Positions 1-8,706 of a stretch of 38,527 nt of DNA are shown here, one piece after another. The stretch is from IMG/VR virus record IMGVR_UViG_2563366883_000008; one strand, given 5' to 3'. The notes below the pieces were generated by a model. It was not told the DNA's origin and did not search any database. It was given only the letters and a program-made list of their open reading frames with translations. Within the stretch, counting starts at the first letter, position 1, and each line of letters opens with the position of its first letter. The position numbers were made by a program, and so were the translations under genes. This stretch comes from a virus (Duplodnaviria; Heunggongvirae; Uroviricota; Caudoviricetes).

Positions 1-738
1 TCATTCACTCTCTTTCAAACCAGTTTTAACTGTTTGTGGTTTTGGGTAAGGCTGGACTTTGAATAGCTTTGTGTTGAGGCGTTTTCTGGCCCTCTTGTTC
101 AGAAACCGGATGTAACGAAACTGTCGGAACTTATGCACACTGGCTCTGTCGATATTAGCCCTCAGATGTTCACCTCGTTGTCCGCCTCGTTTAATGGCAT
201 TCCTGCAAATCTCGTGATACCACTCGCCATCAAGTTCATAGAATATTGTTTCATGGCTGCCTACATAATCAAAATTGCTTGCCTGATACACGACACCAAG
301 ACAGCCACAACGCTCATCTGCAAACGACTGAACCCACTGTACCTGCGGATAAAGCTGCCTGATTAGCTTGAGCGCGTAACTGATTGCCCTTGATTCGGAG
401 TTTCTCGGCATACAGTCATGCAGCCATAGCCGGTTAAGCTCCATATATTCTCGGTTCTGCGTACCCGTTACGACGCGTGCACCACTGTTTGGGTTAAGGG
501 CGTAACCCCATTGCATTACGCCAACAAGTTCCCGTTCTGAAAATATGCCCAGATGAAGGTAGGAGTTATTTACGAAACGGTGGCTGTAATGTTTATTGAC
601 GATGACCAGTCTGGCCAGCCAGCAACTTATTGTCTCAACCCGCAACTCACGGGAGCCATAACCAACGATATTGTCGTTATAGCGAATAAGTTCAGGCGTG
701 CTGATGATACGGGATGTGACTTGCTTTCTGTTCCCCAC
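1..738 (-). CDS. mom: Mom-like DNA modification protein (245 aa); stop codon at 1-3 so the gene is complete
   Basis: Last gene after gin, start overlapped by an upstream Com-like zinc-finger ORF, as in the Mu com-mom operon. Call is positional plus approximate size; not verified by alignment. Confidence 0.55.
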   Translation of the reverse strand: MGNRKQVTSRIISTPELIRYNDNIVGYGSRELRVETISCWLARLVIVNKHYSHRFVNNSYLHLGIFSERELVGVMQWGYALNPNSGARVVTGTQNREYMELNRLWLHDCMPRNSESRAISYALKLIRQLYPQVQWVQSFADERCGCLGVVYQASNFDYVGSHETIFYELDGEWYHEICRNAIKRGGQRGEHLRANIDRASVHKFRQFRYIRFLNKRARKRLNTKLFKVQPYPKPQTVKTGLKESE

Positions 739-892
739 GACAGGATTTCCTTGTGTATGTGGGGTGCTCTGTGGCGCTCGGAGATGTGATTTGATTGAGG
801 GTTTTACAGCGCGGACATTTTACTTCCAGATAACTGAAACTGGCCCGTGCCAGTAGCTTATTGCAGTGTCGGCACCGTATGTTTCGATACAT
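692..892 (-). CDS. com: Com-like zinc-finger translational activator of mom (about 66 aa from the internal ATG)
   Basis: [10 protein letters not shown]...[10 protein letters not shown] CxxC...CxxC motif resembling Mu Com; AGGAGG upstream of ATG at 890-892; 3' end overlaps mom start. The ORF-track start at 937 is a TTG. Confidence 0.6.
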   Translation of the reverse strand: MYRNIRCRHCNKLLARASFSYLEVKCPRCKTLNQITSPSATEHPTYTRKSCRGEQKASHIPYHQHA

Positions 893-934
893 GGCCGCAT
901 AACCTCCTGCTTTGTTGTTGATGCCTTTCTCATG

Positions 935-1080
935 CAATCGATCGACAAAAACGATCGATTCGATTTGTTTAATTGATACAACAAATAGATTGAAAAGTCA
1001 TCAACAATGATTCAGGGCGGTGATTATTTACTTAAAGAAAACGAAGAGTTAGGTGGTGAAAACGATCATAAAATGATCAT
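935..1080 (-). promoter_or_regulatory. Putative com-mom control region with clustered GATC (Dam) sites
   Basis: GATC at 940-943, 953-956, 1064-1067 and 1075-1078; palindrome GATCATAAAATGATC at 1064-1078; AT-rich; upstream of com. Mu Pmom is controlled by Dam methylation of upstream GATC sites. Confidence 0.3.
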
Positions 1081-1149
1081 TTTATTGCCTTTTTATCCAG
1101 TGAAGGTAGGATCGCGCGTATATGTAGTATGTTTCAAATCAACAGGATA

Positions 1150-1191
1150 CTACATAAAAGGGAAACCCAGCATAGCTGGAACTATGCTGGG
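1150..1191 (-). terminator. Rho-independent terminator (minus-strand sense)
   Basis: 10-bp perfect stem cccagcatag/ctatgctggg (1166-1191), loop ctggaa, followed on the minus strand by a U-rich tract. Confidence 0.5.
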
Positions 1192-1378
1192 CCGATTTAG
1201 ACAAGTTTGCATCAATGCTTTACTTCGGGACTACATAAATGGCGACTCAGATAGCGCGAACTATTCTGGGTCAATCTGTAAAAAACTGCATCAATGCTTC
1301 ACTCTGAGCTCGTGGTGTATCCTATGATATTCCCCGGCCTCCTGTAAAGCAGAGATGCATCTGTTCAGGCAGGAGAAA

Positions 1379-1585
1379 ATGGATAAACTGACCACCGACC
1401 AAAAGTTACAGGCTGCGCGAATTGCAGCTGATATCACAATTGCAGCAATGACATCCACCAGTTGTGTCTTTACCTCTTTTCATACAGCTGGTGATTCATC
1501 AGCTATGCAATTATGGAACGCGTGCTTTTCTGATGTAATTCGGGCAATCAGCGAGTCAACTGACCCTCACGAACCGCAAAAATAG
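1379..1585 (+). CDS. Hypothetical small protein (68 aa from ATG at 1379)
   Basis: Strong AGGAGAAA RBS immediately upstream of ATG; AT-rich cargo region; convergent with and overlapping 1548-1748 by 38 bp. Coding status uncertain. Confidence 0.35.
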   Translation: MDKLTTDQKLQAARIAADITIAAMTSTSCVFTSFHTAGDSSAMQLWNACFSDVIRAISESTDPHEPQK

Positions 1586-1748
1586 CGCATCTTGGGGTAC
1601 ACAGGATCTGCATCGCTATCCACATTGCAGTGGTGAAGTTTCGATCCTGTAATGTATTTTCATCAAGTCCTGAACGTAGCGCATTGATAATTTCTGCGCT
1701 TAATATTTCCAGACCTTTGGTATCGGGCTGCTTTTTGTTCTTGTCCAT
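1548..1748 (-). CDS. Hypothetical small protein (66 aa)
   Basis: ATG at 1746-1748 preceded by GAGGAAA RBS; no recognisable family. Confidence 0.4.
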   Translation of the reverse strand: MDKNKKQPDTKGLEILSAEIINALRSGLDENTLQDRNFTTAMWIAMQILCTPRCAIFAVREGQLTR

Positions 1749-1789
1749 GATTATTTCCTCTGACTGGTATATACATCGCCCATGAAAAT

Positions 1790-1817
1790 CAAACCGACAG
1801 GAGAAGCTGTCGGTTTG
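1790..1817 (-). terminator. Rho-independent terminator after the 81-aa ORF
   Basis: 11-bp perfect stem caaaccgacag/ctgtcggtttg with loop gagaag, 5 nt after the stop at 1823; U-rich tail on the minus strand. Confidence 0.55.
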
Positions 1818-1822
1818 TATTG

Positions 1823-2068
1823 TTACATCATGGCACTGTCAGTTCCGGGCTGAACCGGCTCTGGTTGCTCTACGGGCTGAGGCTCATTCTCCGTGCTGTT
1901 TTCAGCCGGAGGATGGCCAACCATTCGGGCCAGCACTTCATCAACATATGCGTCGATTTGTGCCTCAAAATCCTTGCGAACCTGCGCCTTCAGCACGCGG
2001 TTCACTTCTTCAGAATAAAGTGCCTGTTTGACAAGCTCTTCAGTAACCGTGCCTTTAATCTCTGGCAT
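1823..2068 (-). CDS. Hypothetical protein (81 aa), acidic with Pro/Glu-rich C-terminus
   Basis: Strong RBS AGGAAAGGAGA before ATG; followed by an intrinsic terminator. Confidence 0.45.
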   Translation of the reverse strand: MPEIKGTVTEELVKQALYSEEVNRVLKAQVRKDFEAQIDAYVDEVLARMVGHPPAENSTENEPQPVEQPEPVQPGTDSAMM

Positions 2069-2103
2069 GAATATTCTCCTTTCCTTTTCTGGTTCACAAA
2101 AAA

Positions 2104-2289
2104 TTAAATCTGACCGGAGTCTTTCGGCTGCGGCATTACAGCACCGCTTTTTATCTTTTCCTCTGCGGCTGCATCAATTTTATTTCGAAAATAATTTCGG
2201 ATAATTTTGTAACCTCCGCTGAGGAGATAAAGCAGACACACACACGTGCAAAAATAAAGCATAAATGTATGTAGTATTGGCATAATCAC
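2104..2289 (-). CDS. Hypothetical small membrane protein (61 aa)
   Basis: N-terminal hydrophobic helix (ILHTFMLYFCTCVCLLYLL); GGTGAG RBS; directly downstream of the esterase gene. Confidence 0.4.
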   Translation of the reverse strand: MIMPILHTFMLYFCTCVCLLYLLSGGYKIIRNYFRNKIDAAAEEKIKSGAVMPQPKDSGQI

Positions 2290-2318
2290 TCACCATTTTA
2301 AATAAAATGAATTACCCG

Positions 2319-4400
2319 TCATTTATTCACATTAGACGAAGAGACCGCATCGTTAACCTGCACTTTAATTGTGTCAAACAACATCGGGTAAGTGGCTGCA
2401 TTGCCGGTAATATCGGTCAGTGTCAGTTGATCCACCGTGAACCCGGCATTCACCCACTTCACAAGTTCAAATGGTTCACCATCTTTCCCGTCCAGAACTG
2501 GGGTAACACTCATGCTATTACCACCTGCAAACCGTAACGAGAGCGTATGCCATTCATGATCAAAGACACCATACGATCCTATCTGTTGACTTCCGCTCCC
2601 TTTGTGATACATCACATTCAGGTTAGCTGAATCCGTTTGCAGGAAACATGATGCGATGAGGTTATTTTTTCCGTCACCGTCAGGCCAGTTACTTACAGCC
2701 CAGTAAATACCAACACCATACCGGTTTTCCGCAATGCCCGCATCCGATGGAATTTTGAAACGGAGGGAAATATCACCACCTCTGGCGAACAAATCCCTGG
2801 CATTATCAGCTGTGATCGGATGATACATTTTCCATGAGGCCATGCTGTTAGGCGCTTTATTCACCCTTAACGCTTTGTTACCACCTGTTGCAGCAGCATC
2901 CGTGACAAAGGTTGCTTTTCCGGAAGCCGCATTCCACCCCTGATCTTTCATTGGTTCTGTCGGGGCGTTTGCAGTATACGAAACGATGATCTTCATCTGA
3001 TCGCTCACGTCCTTCACATCCCCGGTGGGTTCAGGCTCACTCTTACCGGTATCAGAATGTTCTGTTGCCGTTACACCGCGGAAGAAAGCAGATTTTTGTC
3101 CTGACAATGTCAGAATCGCTGTTGCCAGACGGTCTGAAATAATTCCACGGCGCGCCCATGAACTGAAATGGCTTGCCCTGTCGTTTGATGTCCAGTTAGT
3201 CGAATCGCGACTTATGGCACCATAATAGCCAATACCTGGAATATCCGGGTCTTCATCTGGATTATTTGTCGGTACATTTTTTCCATTTTCATCCACAACA
3301 AATGGAACAAAGTGAATGTTCTTTGCTTCATTAGCATATTTGCCATAAACAGCTTTGTATTGTTCTGGATATGTATTTTTCCAGTAATACGTCGTATCAC
3401 CACAGATCCACGGTACAGAAGCCATATCTCCGGCTGGAGATTGCGCAGAAAAAGCCGAAAGTTCACGCCTGAATGTTTCGACCATCGTCACAAACAGACC
3501 GGAATGTTCAGCATGTTTTCCTGTTTTCAGATCATTCTCGCCCTGCATCCAGACAACGGACAGGAGAATATTTCTGGGGTTACTGCTGAGAGCCGCTTTT
3601 GTTCGGTTAACAAGATCGCTGAACAAAGGTTTATTGACTCCCCAGCGCGATGATGCAGATGTTGCTCCGGAAGCTTCAGTAAATTCACCATCAGCACCAT
3701 CGGTAAATGCAGAGCCTCCTCTGGCACAGGGAACCAGAAGGATACCAGCCTCTTCCGGGATAAAGGGCAGGAGTTTTTTTGCAATATGCAAACCCTGGCC
3801 GACACAACCATACTGACCTTTTGAAAGATCTGCTTTTGGATGATTATGGTTACTCATATCCAGCACATCATGAAGACAGTGATCTGCCGGAATTATATCG
3901 TTGTAGGCGCATTCAACCCCGCCAGGTGTAACCGTGTTACGGCGAGCCAGCTGTTTAATACGTGGATCAGGTCGATCATAGGTATCAGGCAAAGGAAGAC
4001 CTTCACCAAATGACGATGCATTCGACTGACCAGCAATAACAACCACGTAATACCAGGACGGAGTTTGACCTGCAACTTTATCTCCTGCTGAAGAAGTGTA
4101 TGTTTCCGCATTGTTCCAGTCTGACGGTTCAGTAGTACCGGCAACATCAGCACTTAACGGAATGACAGCACCAATACCCGCTCCGGTAATTTCCACGTTC
4201 GGATCACCGGATACTGGCCTTACCCACAGGCAATCCCGTGTATTAAAACTGATGAGACAGTCAGCAAATGTCATACCTCCTTTCGTTTCAGCCGGAGGAA
4301 AGGGAGCCTCAAGAAATGCCGCTGTACCACCGGAAACTTTAACGGTAAAGTTTCCGGGCATTGATGATAGTTGAACCCATTTGGACGTCATAATATTCAT
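2319..4400 (-). CDS. SGNH/SASA-type carbohydrate esterase domain protein (sialate O-acetylesterase-like), 693 aa, with extra N- and C-terminal domains
   Basis: VVIAGQSNA block (GQSN nucleophile motif) in the central region; long C-terminal domain of unknown function; lies between gin and com where Mu has no gene. Family call from motif only. Confidence 0.6.
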   Translation of the reverse strand: MNIMTSKWVQLSSMPGNFTVKVSGGTAAFLEAPFPPAETKGGMTFADCLISFNTRDCLWVRPVSGDPNVEITGAGIGAVIPLSADVAGTTEPSDWNNAETYTSSAGDKVAGQTPSWYYVVVIAGQSNASSFGEGLPLPDTYDRPDPRIKQLARRNTVTPGGVECAYNDIIPADHCLHDVLDMSNHNHPKADLSKGQYGCVGQGLHIAKKLLPFIPEEAGILLVPCARGGSAFTDGADGEFTEASGATSASSRWGVNKPLFSDLVNRTKAALSSNPRNILLSVVWMQGENDLKTGKHAEHSGLFVTMVETFRRELSAFSAQSPAGDMASVPWICGDTTYYWKNTYPEQYKAVYGKYANEAKNIHFVPFVVDENGKNVPTNNPDEDPDIPGIGYYGAISRDSTNWTSNDRASHFSSWARRGIISDRLATAILTLSGQKSAFFRGVTATEHSDTGKSEPEPTGDVKDVSDQMKIIVSYTANAPTEPMKDQGWNAASGKATFVTDAAATGGNKALRVNKAPNSMASWKMYHPITADNARDLFARGGDISLRFKIPSDAGIAENRYGVGIYWAVSNWPDGDGKNNLIASCFLQTDSANLNVMYHKGSGSQQIGSYGVFDHEWHTLSLRFAGGNSMSVTPVLDGKDGEPFELVKWVNAGFTVDQLTLTDITGNAATYPMLFDTIKVQVNDAVSSSNVNK

Positions 4401-4490
4401 CCTGTTCCTGAATAAACAGAATTATCATATCCACAGACCGATAAACGCCATTTTGCGTTAATTCAGTAAAGGCCCAACAAAGGGAGCGTC

Positions 4491-5051
4491 TTATTTTTCC
4501 GAAACGCTCGCAGGAAAATAACGATAAAGGGTTGAAAGGCCGATATCAAAAATAAGTGCCACCTGTCTTCGGCTGACACCCCCGGCCAGTAAACGCCCGA
4601 CCTGCTCGTATTGTTCCTGCGTGAGACGACGGGGTCTGCCGCCGGTTCGTCCCCTTTCACGGGCAGCTGCAAGACCAGCCCGTGTCCGTTCGACAATCAA
4701 TTCACGCTCCATTTCTGCCAGCGCACCCATTATGTGAAAAAAGAAGCGCCCCATGGGGGTTGACGTATCAATGCTGTCAGTAAGACTACGAAAATTTATC
4801 CCCTGTTGCTGTAATTCATCTGTCAGCGCAACAAGGTGGCGCATACTGCGCCCCAGCCTGTCCAGTTTCCAGACCATCAGCGTGTCACCGGGTTTTAGTT
4901 TCTTCAGTGCCCGCTTCAGTCCCGGCCGCTGTGTTGTTTTTCCGCTCATTTTATCTTCAAAAATCTGCTCACATCCTGCACATTCCAGCGCATTTCTTTG
5001 TAAACCTGTGTTCTGGTCATTTGTTGATACGCGTATATAGCCAATCAGCAT
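4491..5051 (-). CDS. gin: Gin/Hin/Cin-family serine DNA invertase (186 aa)
   Basis: N-terminal IGYIRVSTNDQN catalytic-serine motif, C-terminal HTH; adjacent to an inverted-repeat-bounded tail-fibre segment. Confidence 0.9.
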   Translation of the reverse strand: MLIGYIRVSTNDQNTGLQRNALECAGCEQIFEDKMSGKTTQRPGLKRALKKLKPGDTLMVWKLDRLGRSMRHLVALTDELQQQGINFRSLTDSIDTSTPMGRFFFHIMGALAEMERELIVERTRAGLAAARERGRTGGRPRRLTQEQYEQVGRLLAGGVSRRQVALIFDIGLSTLYRYFPASVSEK

Positions 5052-5105
5052 GTATTTACCTTCCTTAAAAAGAGGTGGAAAGGCCTTTTAAAGCAGATAT
5101 ACGGC

Positions 5106-5131
5106 ATCCCTGAAACCTCGGTTTACGGGAA
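5106..5131. other. gix-like recombination site (left)
   Basis: Reverse complement reads TTCCCGTAAACC-GA-GGTTTCAGGGAT, close to Mu gixL TTCCTGTAAACC-GA-GGTTTTGGATAA as I remember it; central dinucleotide sits at the outer edge of the inverted repeat. Confidence 0.6.
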
Positions 5132-5266
5132 ACGGTAAATAAGGCGGCGAATGCCCTGCCATCGGACGGCACCGCTGCGGCAGCGAATAAACTCGCCACC
5201 CCAAGAAATATTAATGGTGTTCCTTTCGACGGGACGCAGGATATCAGCATTACTTCAGGGATGACG
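5119..5266. repeat. Inverted repeat, left copy (148 bp, identical to reverse complement of 6396-6543)
   Basis: Compared base by base in the sequence; identity ends exactly at the gix centre on the outside and after ATGACG on the inside. Confidence 0.9.
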
Positions 5267-5500
5267 CAGTCAACCGCAGATGACCGGTATGTACAGAACG
5301 TTCAGCTTGGAGCACAGAGCTATCATTCACCCGGAGGCAATGAAATGTCATGGAATTACAGTGCGCCTTCCGGTTGTATGCTTTCCGGTATTAACGTGCA
5401 GGAAACAGGAAAAAACTCTGCCGATAACATTGGCGGGGTTTATTTCCGTCCTGTGCAGATATATATCAGTAATGCATGGCGTACAGTTTCATCTGTCTGA
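5261..5500 (+). CDS. Alternative tail-fibre C-terminal segment (S'v-like), not joined to the fibre gene in this orientation
   Basis: MTQSTADDRYVQNVQLGAQ parallels MTESTANQRYVTGVRLGAQ of the fibre C-terminus; in frame with the inverted repeat so inversion would fuse it to the constant part. Confidence 0.6.
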   Translation: MTQSTADDRYVQNVQLGAQSYHSPGGNEMSWNYSAPSGCMLSGINVQETGKNSADNIGGVYFRPVQIYISNAWRTVSSV

Positions 5501-5505
5501 TGAAA

Positions 5506-5532
5506 GAAAAAGGGTGCGATAAGCACCCTTTA
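5506..5532. terminator. Bidirectional hairpin between convergent S'v and tail-fibre assembly genes
   Basis: aaagggtgc / gcacccttt stem with loop gataa, flanked by A-run and T-run. Confidence 0.5.
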
Positions 5533-5534
5533 AG

Positions 5535-6077
5535 TTATTCAGGCTGTTCGGGCCATTTAATGGCATCAAATTCAGCTTCAGTTTTAATGGCGGATGGTTC
5601 CATTTTTTTCACCTGACTGATGTATGCCATCCATCGGGTAAGTGCGGCTCTGTCTTCATCACTGATGGTGCCCAGCTGTAATTCTGTTCTCCAGTCATTA
5701 ATTTTTTCATATGCCTGATTAAGATATAACTGGCGCATTGCTTCCAGTTTTCTTGCGTAGTTAACCGGAATACGGGAGATCACGCCATTATCAAACTTCC
5801 AGTTACCCGAAATATCAGCACCTTCAGGGAGTTCGTCGACTTCAACCACAGAGAACCCCGCAGGATACAGCGCCGAAGCGTCCTGTGATATTGAGCAGAT
5901 AATGCCGCTGTCAGGTGTTATACAAAGTTTATATTTTTTGGTGAATAATGGCAGGGACTCGTAGAAATCCTTACCATCTTCACTCTGAAAATACTGTACA
6001 TCATTACCATAGAGGGTGTTTTCCGGGTAATATCGTTTAACATTAATCAGTTGCATAAACATCACCATGTGAATCAA
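5535..6077 (-). CDS. Tail-fibre assembly protein (Mu U-like), 180 aa
   Basis: Immediately downstream of the tail-fibre gene inside the invertible segment; size and position as for Mu U/Tfa. Positional call. Confidence 0.55.
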   Translation of the reverse strand: MIHMVMFMQLINVKRYYPENTLYGNDVQYFQSEDGKDFYESLPLFTKKYKLCITPDSGIICSISQDASALYPAGFSVVEVDELPEGADISGNWKFDNGVISRIPVNYARKLEAMRQLYLNQAYEKINDWRTELQLGTISDEDRAALTRWMAYISQVKKMEPSAIKTEAEFDAIKWPEQPE

Positions 6078-6176
6078 TGATAAAAACAGGAATAATACTA
6101 TCGCTATATACGGACAGGGATTGTCTGAGATAACACATATATCAGGCGCTGCCTGCCGTACGCCATGAGCCGTTAA

Positions 6177-7073
6177 TTAAATACTTGCAGCGGATACCCA
6201 ATTCCCATTAATACAATATTGTATCTGTCTGTAATAAACACGGTCATCACCACTACGCATTTCCCAGTCTCCATCAGTCTTAAAACCGGTAATCACATTT
6301 CCTGATGACAGGGAGTAATTATATTCCAGTCCGCCGCTTAATGCCTGCGCTCCCAGTCTTACCCCTGTAACATAACGCTGATTGGCTGTTGATTCCGTCA
6401 TCCCTGAAGTAATGCTGATATCCTGCGTCCCGTCGAAAGGAACACCATTAATATTTCTTGGGGTGGCGAGTTTATTCGCTGCCGCAGCGGTGCCGTCCGA
6501 TGGCAGGGCATTCGCCGCCTTATTTACCGTTTCCCGTAAACCGACGTTATCGATAAAGGTTCCTTTGTCCGCGATATCCGCGCCATTCTGATCCTTGCGC
6601 AGATAACGGTTATCACCTTCGCTCTTGCTGTAAACATCCAGATTCTGGCGGGCCGTCGGTTTATCCGGTACATCGCCAAAATTCATGGATTTCTCCAGTG
6701 CTCCCACATCATTAGCAGCCAGGCTGTCTTTTCCTGATAATCCTCCAAGCCCAAGATGACGGCGGGCAGCAGCCTGTGCTTCTGCACCTGCATCCGCAAT
6801 CTCCTTAAGGTTGTTTTTCCGGCTGTATGCGTTTGCTGCAATGATTGCCTTAATGGCTATCACCAGCTGGTTCAGTTTTGCCTTATCCGGCTGAACCTGT
6901 CCTTCTGTCAGAATGGCAAGCAGCTCTGCCTGCACGATGTTCAGCCAGTCCTGACCTATATGGCTGATCCCTTTGCGTCCGTCACCTTCAGTAAACCATT
7001 TAACCTGCGTGCCCTGTGAGGGGGCCAGTGGTGGCATATCGGTCACACCTGAATTGTTGTCGACAAAATACAT
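6177..7073 (-). CDS. Tail-fibre protein (Mu S-like): constant part plus variable C-terminus inside the invertible segment
   Basis: Follows baseplate genes; its 3' part crosses the 148-bp inverted repeat (6396-6543) and the gix-like site. Confidence 0.8.
   Translation of the reverse strand: MYFVDNNSGVTDMPPLAPSQGTQVKWFTEGDGRKGISHIGQDWLNIVQAELLAILTEGQVQPDKAKLNQLVIAIKAIIAANAYSRKNNLKEIADAGAEAQAAARRHLGLGGLSGKDSLAANDVGALEKSMNFGDVPDKPTARQNLDVYSKSEGDNRYLRKDQNGADIADKGTFIDNVGLRETVNKAANALPSDGTAAAANKLATPRNINGVPFDGTQDISITSGMTESTANQRYVTGVRLGAQALSGGLEYNYSLSSGNVITGFKTDGDWEMRSGDDRVYYRQIQYCINGNWVSAASI
6396..6543. repeat. Inverted repeat, right copy (148 bp)
   Basis: Reverse complement identical to 5119-5266; lies inside the tail-fibre coding sequence. 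Confidence 0.9.
6531..6556. other. gix-like recombination site (right)
   Basis: TTCCCGTAAACC-GA-CGTTATCGATAA; inner half-site identical to the left site, outer half-site diverged. Confidence 0.6.
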
Positions 7074-7630
7074 TACTCCGTCTCCTCATGACTGTTTTCG
7101 TACAGATATAAAAACGTCTGCCAGGCTGGCTTATAACGGTTTAAAATGCACTCCAGCGCACTTGCATCATAAATTCGCAGTGGCGTAAGAATATCGTCCA
7201 GTACATTCATGTGACGGTATCCAACCGCTGTCTTCACTGTCACAATACTGATCCATTGTGATTCCGGTGATGGCTGGATATCTATTTCATAACCAAACTC
7301 TGCCGCAAACCGGATATAAAATTCACGGTTAAGAGAGGGTTTCATCCGGTATTTATTCCCGGCATAACGCTGACGCTCCTGAATGGTTGCGCCGGTCATA
7401 TCACATTCCGGTAACCCCAGATAACGCTCCCAGTCTTCCAGCAGCAGACGGGATGAATCAGGAAAACGTTCTGCCAGCATCTGGTTGCCGGTCCAGGAAA
7501 CACGCTCCGTGGAATGACTGAGGCCCAGGCACAAAGCCGCAAGAACGGATGACGGCCGCTTATCCCATACCAGCCCGTCAGGCAGCAACTGCAACAGGGC
7601 GCGCTGATGCGGGGTCAGGGTTACAGCCAT
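7073..7630 (-). CDS. Baseplate/tail protein (Mu gp48-like), 185 aa
   Basis: Position between baseplate J-like gene and tail fibre; 1-nt ATGA overlap with the fibre gene. Confidence 0.65.
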   Translation of the reverse strand: MAVTLTPHQRALLQLLPDGLVWDKRPSSVLAALCLGLSHSTERVSWTGNQMLAERFPDSSRLLLEDWERYLGLPECDMTGATIQERQRYAGNKYRMKPSLNREFYIRFAAEFGYEIDIQPSPESQWISIVTVKTAVGYRHMNVLDDILTPLRIYDASALECILNRYKPAWQTFLYLYENSHEETE

Positions 7631-8706
7631 GTGATTTCCCCCACGGTCAGCAACTCTGTATCTCCGGCCATCACGGACTTCAGCGGGCTGCGAACTTCAA
7701 AATCCTCCAGTCCTTTCACCCCTGCAACAGCCCGCCAGAATGATGAAGGCAATACAAGTCCACCCGGCCGCGATTCGTTATAAAGCAGGTCCGTTAATGC
7801 CTGTTTTACGGCAGCCTGATTTTCCGGCGTTTTGGGTACAATCCTTATCTCAAACACCACCGGCTTATTGGTCAGCTTAAACACGCTGATTGTCGGCCCA
7901 AGTGGCTGACCAACGGGCTGGCCCGTCGCCGGATCATCATGACTGCGGATATAATCCGCCACCCGCTTCACATCACCTTCCCCGGGGAAAATGTCAGGGT
8001 TATTATCCTGAACAAAAGTCACACCAACACTACCAGCCTCAGGCCATTCAGGCTTACACCATGCCCGCGTCACGCCAGGTACTTCCCGTGCCCAGCGTTC
8101 AAAATCATACTGTGTTCCCCCTGATGGCGGGTTCTGTACCCGGAATACCAGCCTGGACAGCAACTCCGGCACCGTTTCCACATCCGCACCACCGGTGAGT
8201 CCCGTGCCGGTGACCGTGGCTGTCTGGTTGATGCCCGCCTGTGGTGTGATAAAGGACAGGCGGGTTCCGGTCGGGGTATTTCCGGCGCGCCCCGCACTTT
8301 CCGCCTCCACATTAACATTCAGTGTTCCGGCTTTTCCGGTCGCAGAGCCAGTGATGCGGTACACAACACCATCGCTTCGCTGAAGGAGTACGCCTTCCGT
8401 GATCCCTGCATCCGTGGTCAGCATCAGTTGTACCGGTCCGTCAGCGCGGGAAGCCGGTTTACGGATGACACCCCAGAATGCGCAGTGTTTCAGGAGTTCG
8501 GCTTCATCAGCTTCTGTCGGAATTATCTGCCGGGAGATCCAGGCCAGATGTTCATGCTCCTGTGCTGACAGCCCCGCCTGTGCATACGCAATGGCATTCA
8601 GGGTGGTTTCATTCACGCCCGGCTGCGAACCGGGCAGGCGCTGGCTGATATCCTGTTGTGTCTGTGTGATCAGTTGCGCCAGTGGTAAGGGCTGATAAGG
8701 CATCAT
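7621..8706 (-). CDS. Baseplate J-like protein (Mu gp47-like), 361 aa
   Basis: Size and position in the baseplate module; translationally coupled to neighbours. Confidence 0.75.
   Translation of the reverse strand: MMPYQPLPLAQLITQTQQDISQRLPGSQPGVNETTLNAIAYAQAGLSAQEHEHLAWISRQIIPTEADEAELLKHCAFWGVIRKPASRADGPVQLMLTTDAGITEGVLLQRSDGVVYRITGSATGKAGTLNVNVEAESAGRAGNTPTGTRLSFITPQAGINQTATVTGTGLTGGADVETVPELLSRLVFRVQNPPSGGTQYDFERWAREVPGVTRAWCKPEWPEAGSVGVTFVQDNNPDIFPGEGDVKRVADYIRSHDDPATGQPVGQPLGPTISVFKLTNKPVVFEIRIVPKTPENQAAVKQALTDLLYNESRPGGLVLPSSFWRAVAGVKGLEDFEVRSPLKSVMAGDTELLTVGEITWL

Noticed and set aside
1007-1327. 106-aa plus-strand ORF
   Set aside because: No convincing RBS; it spans the minus-strand terminator at 1166-1191 and the com-mom upstream control region, so it is more likely non-coding.
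5065-5250. 61-aa minus-strand ORF and its mirror 69-aa plus-strand ORF at 6382-6591
   Set aside because: Both are reading-frame echoes of the 148-bp inverted repeat (identical peptide on opposite strands), not independent genes.
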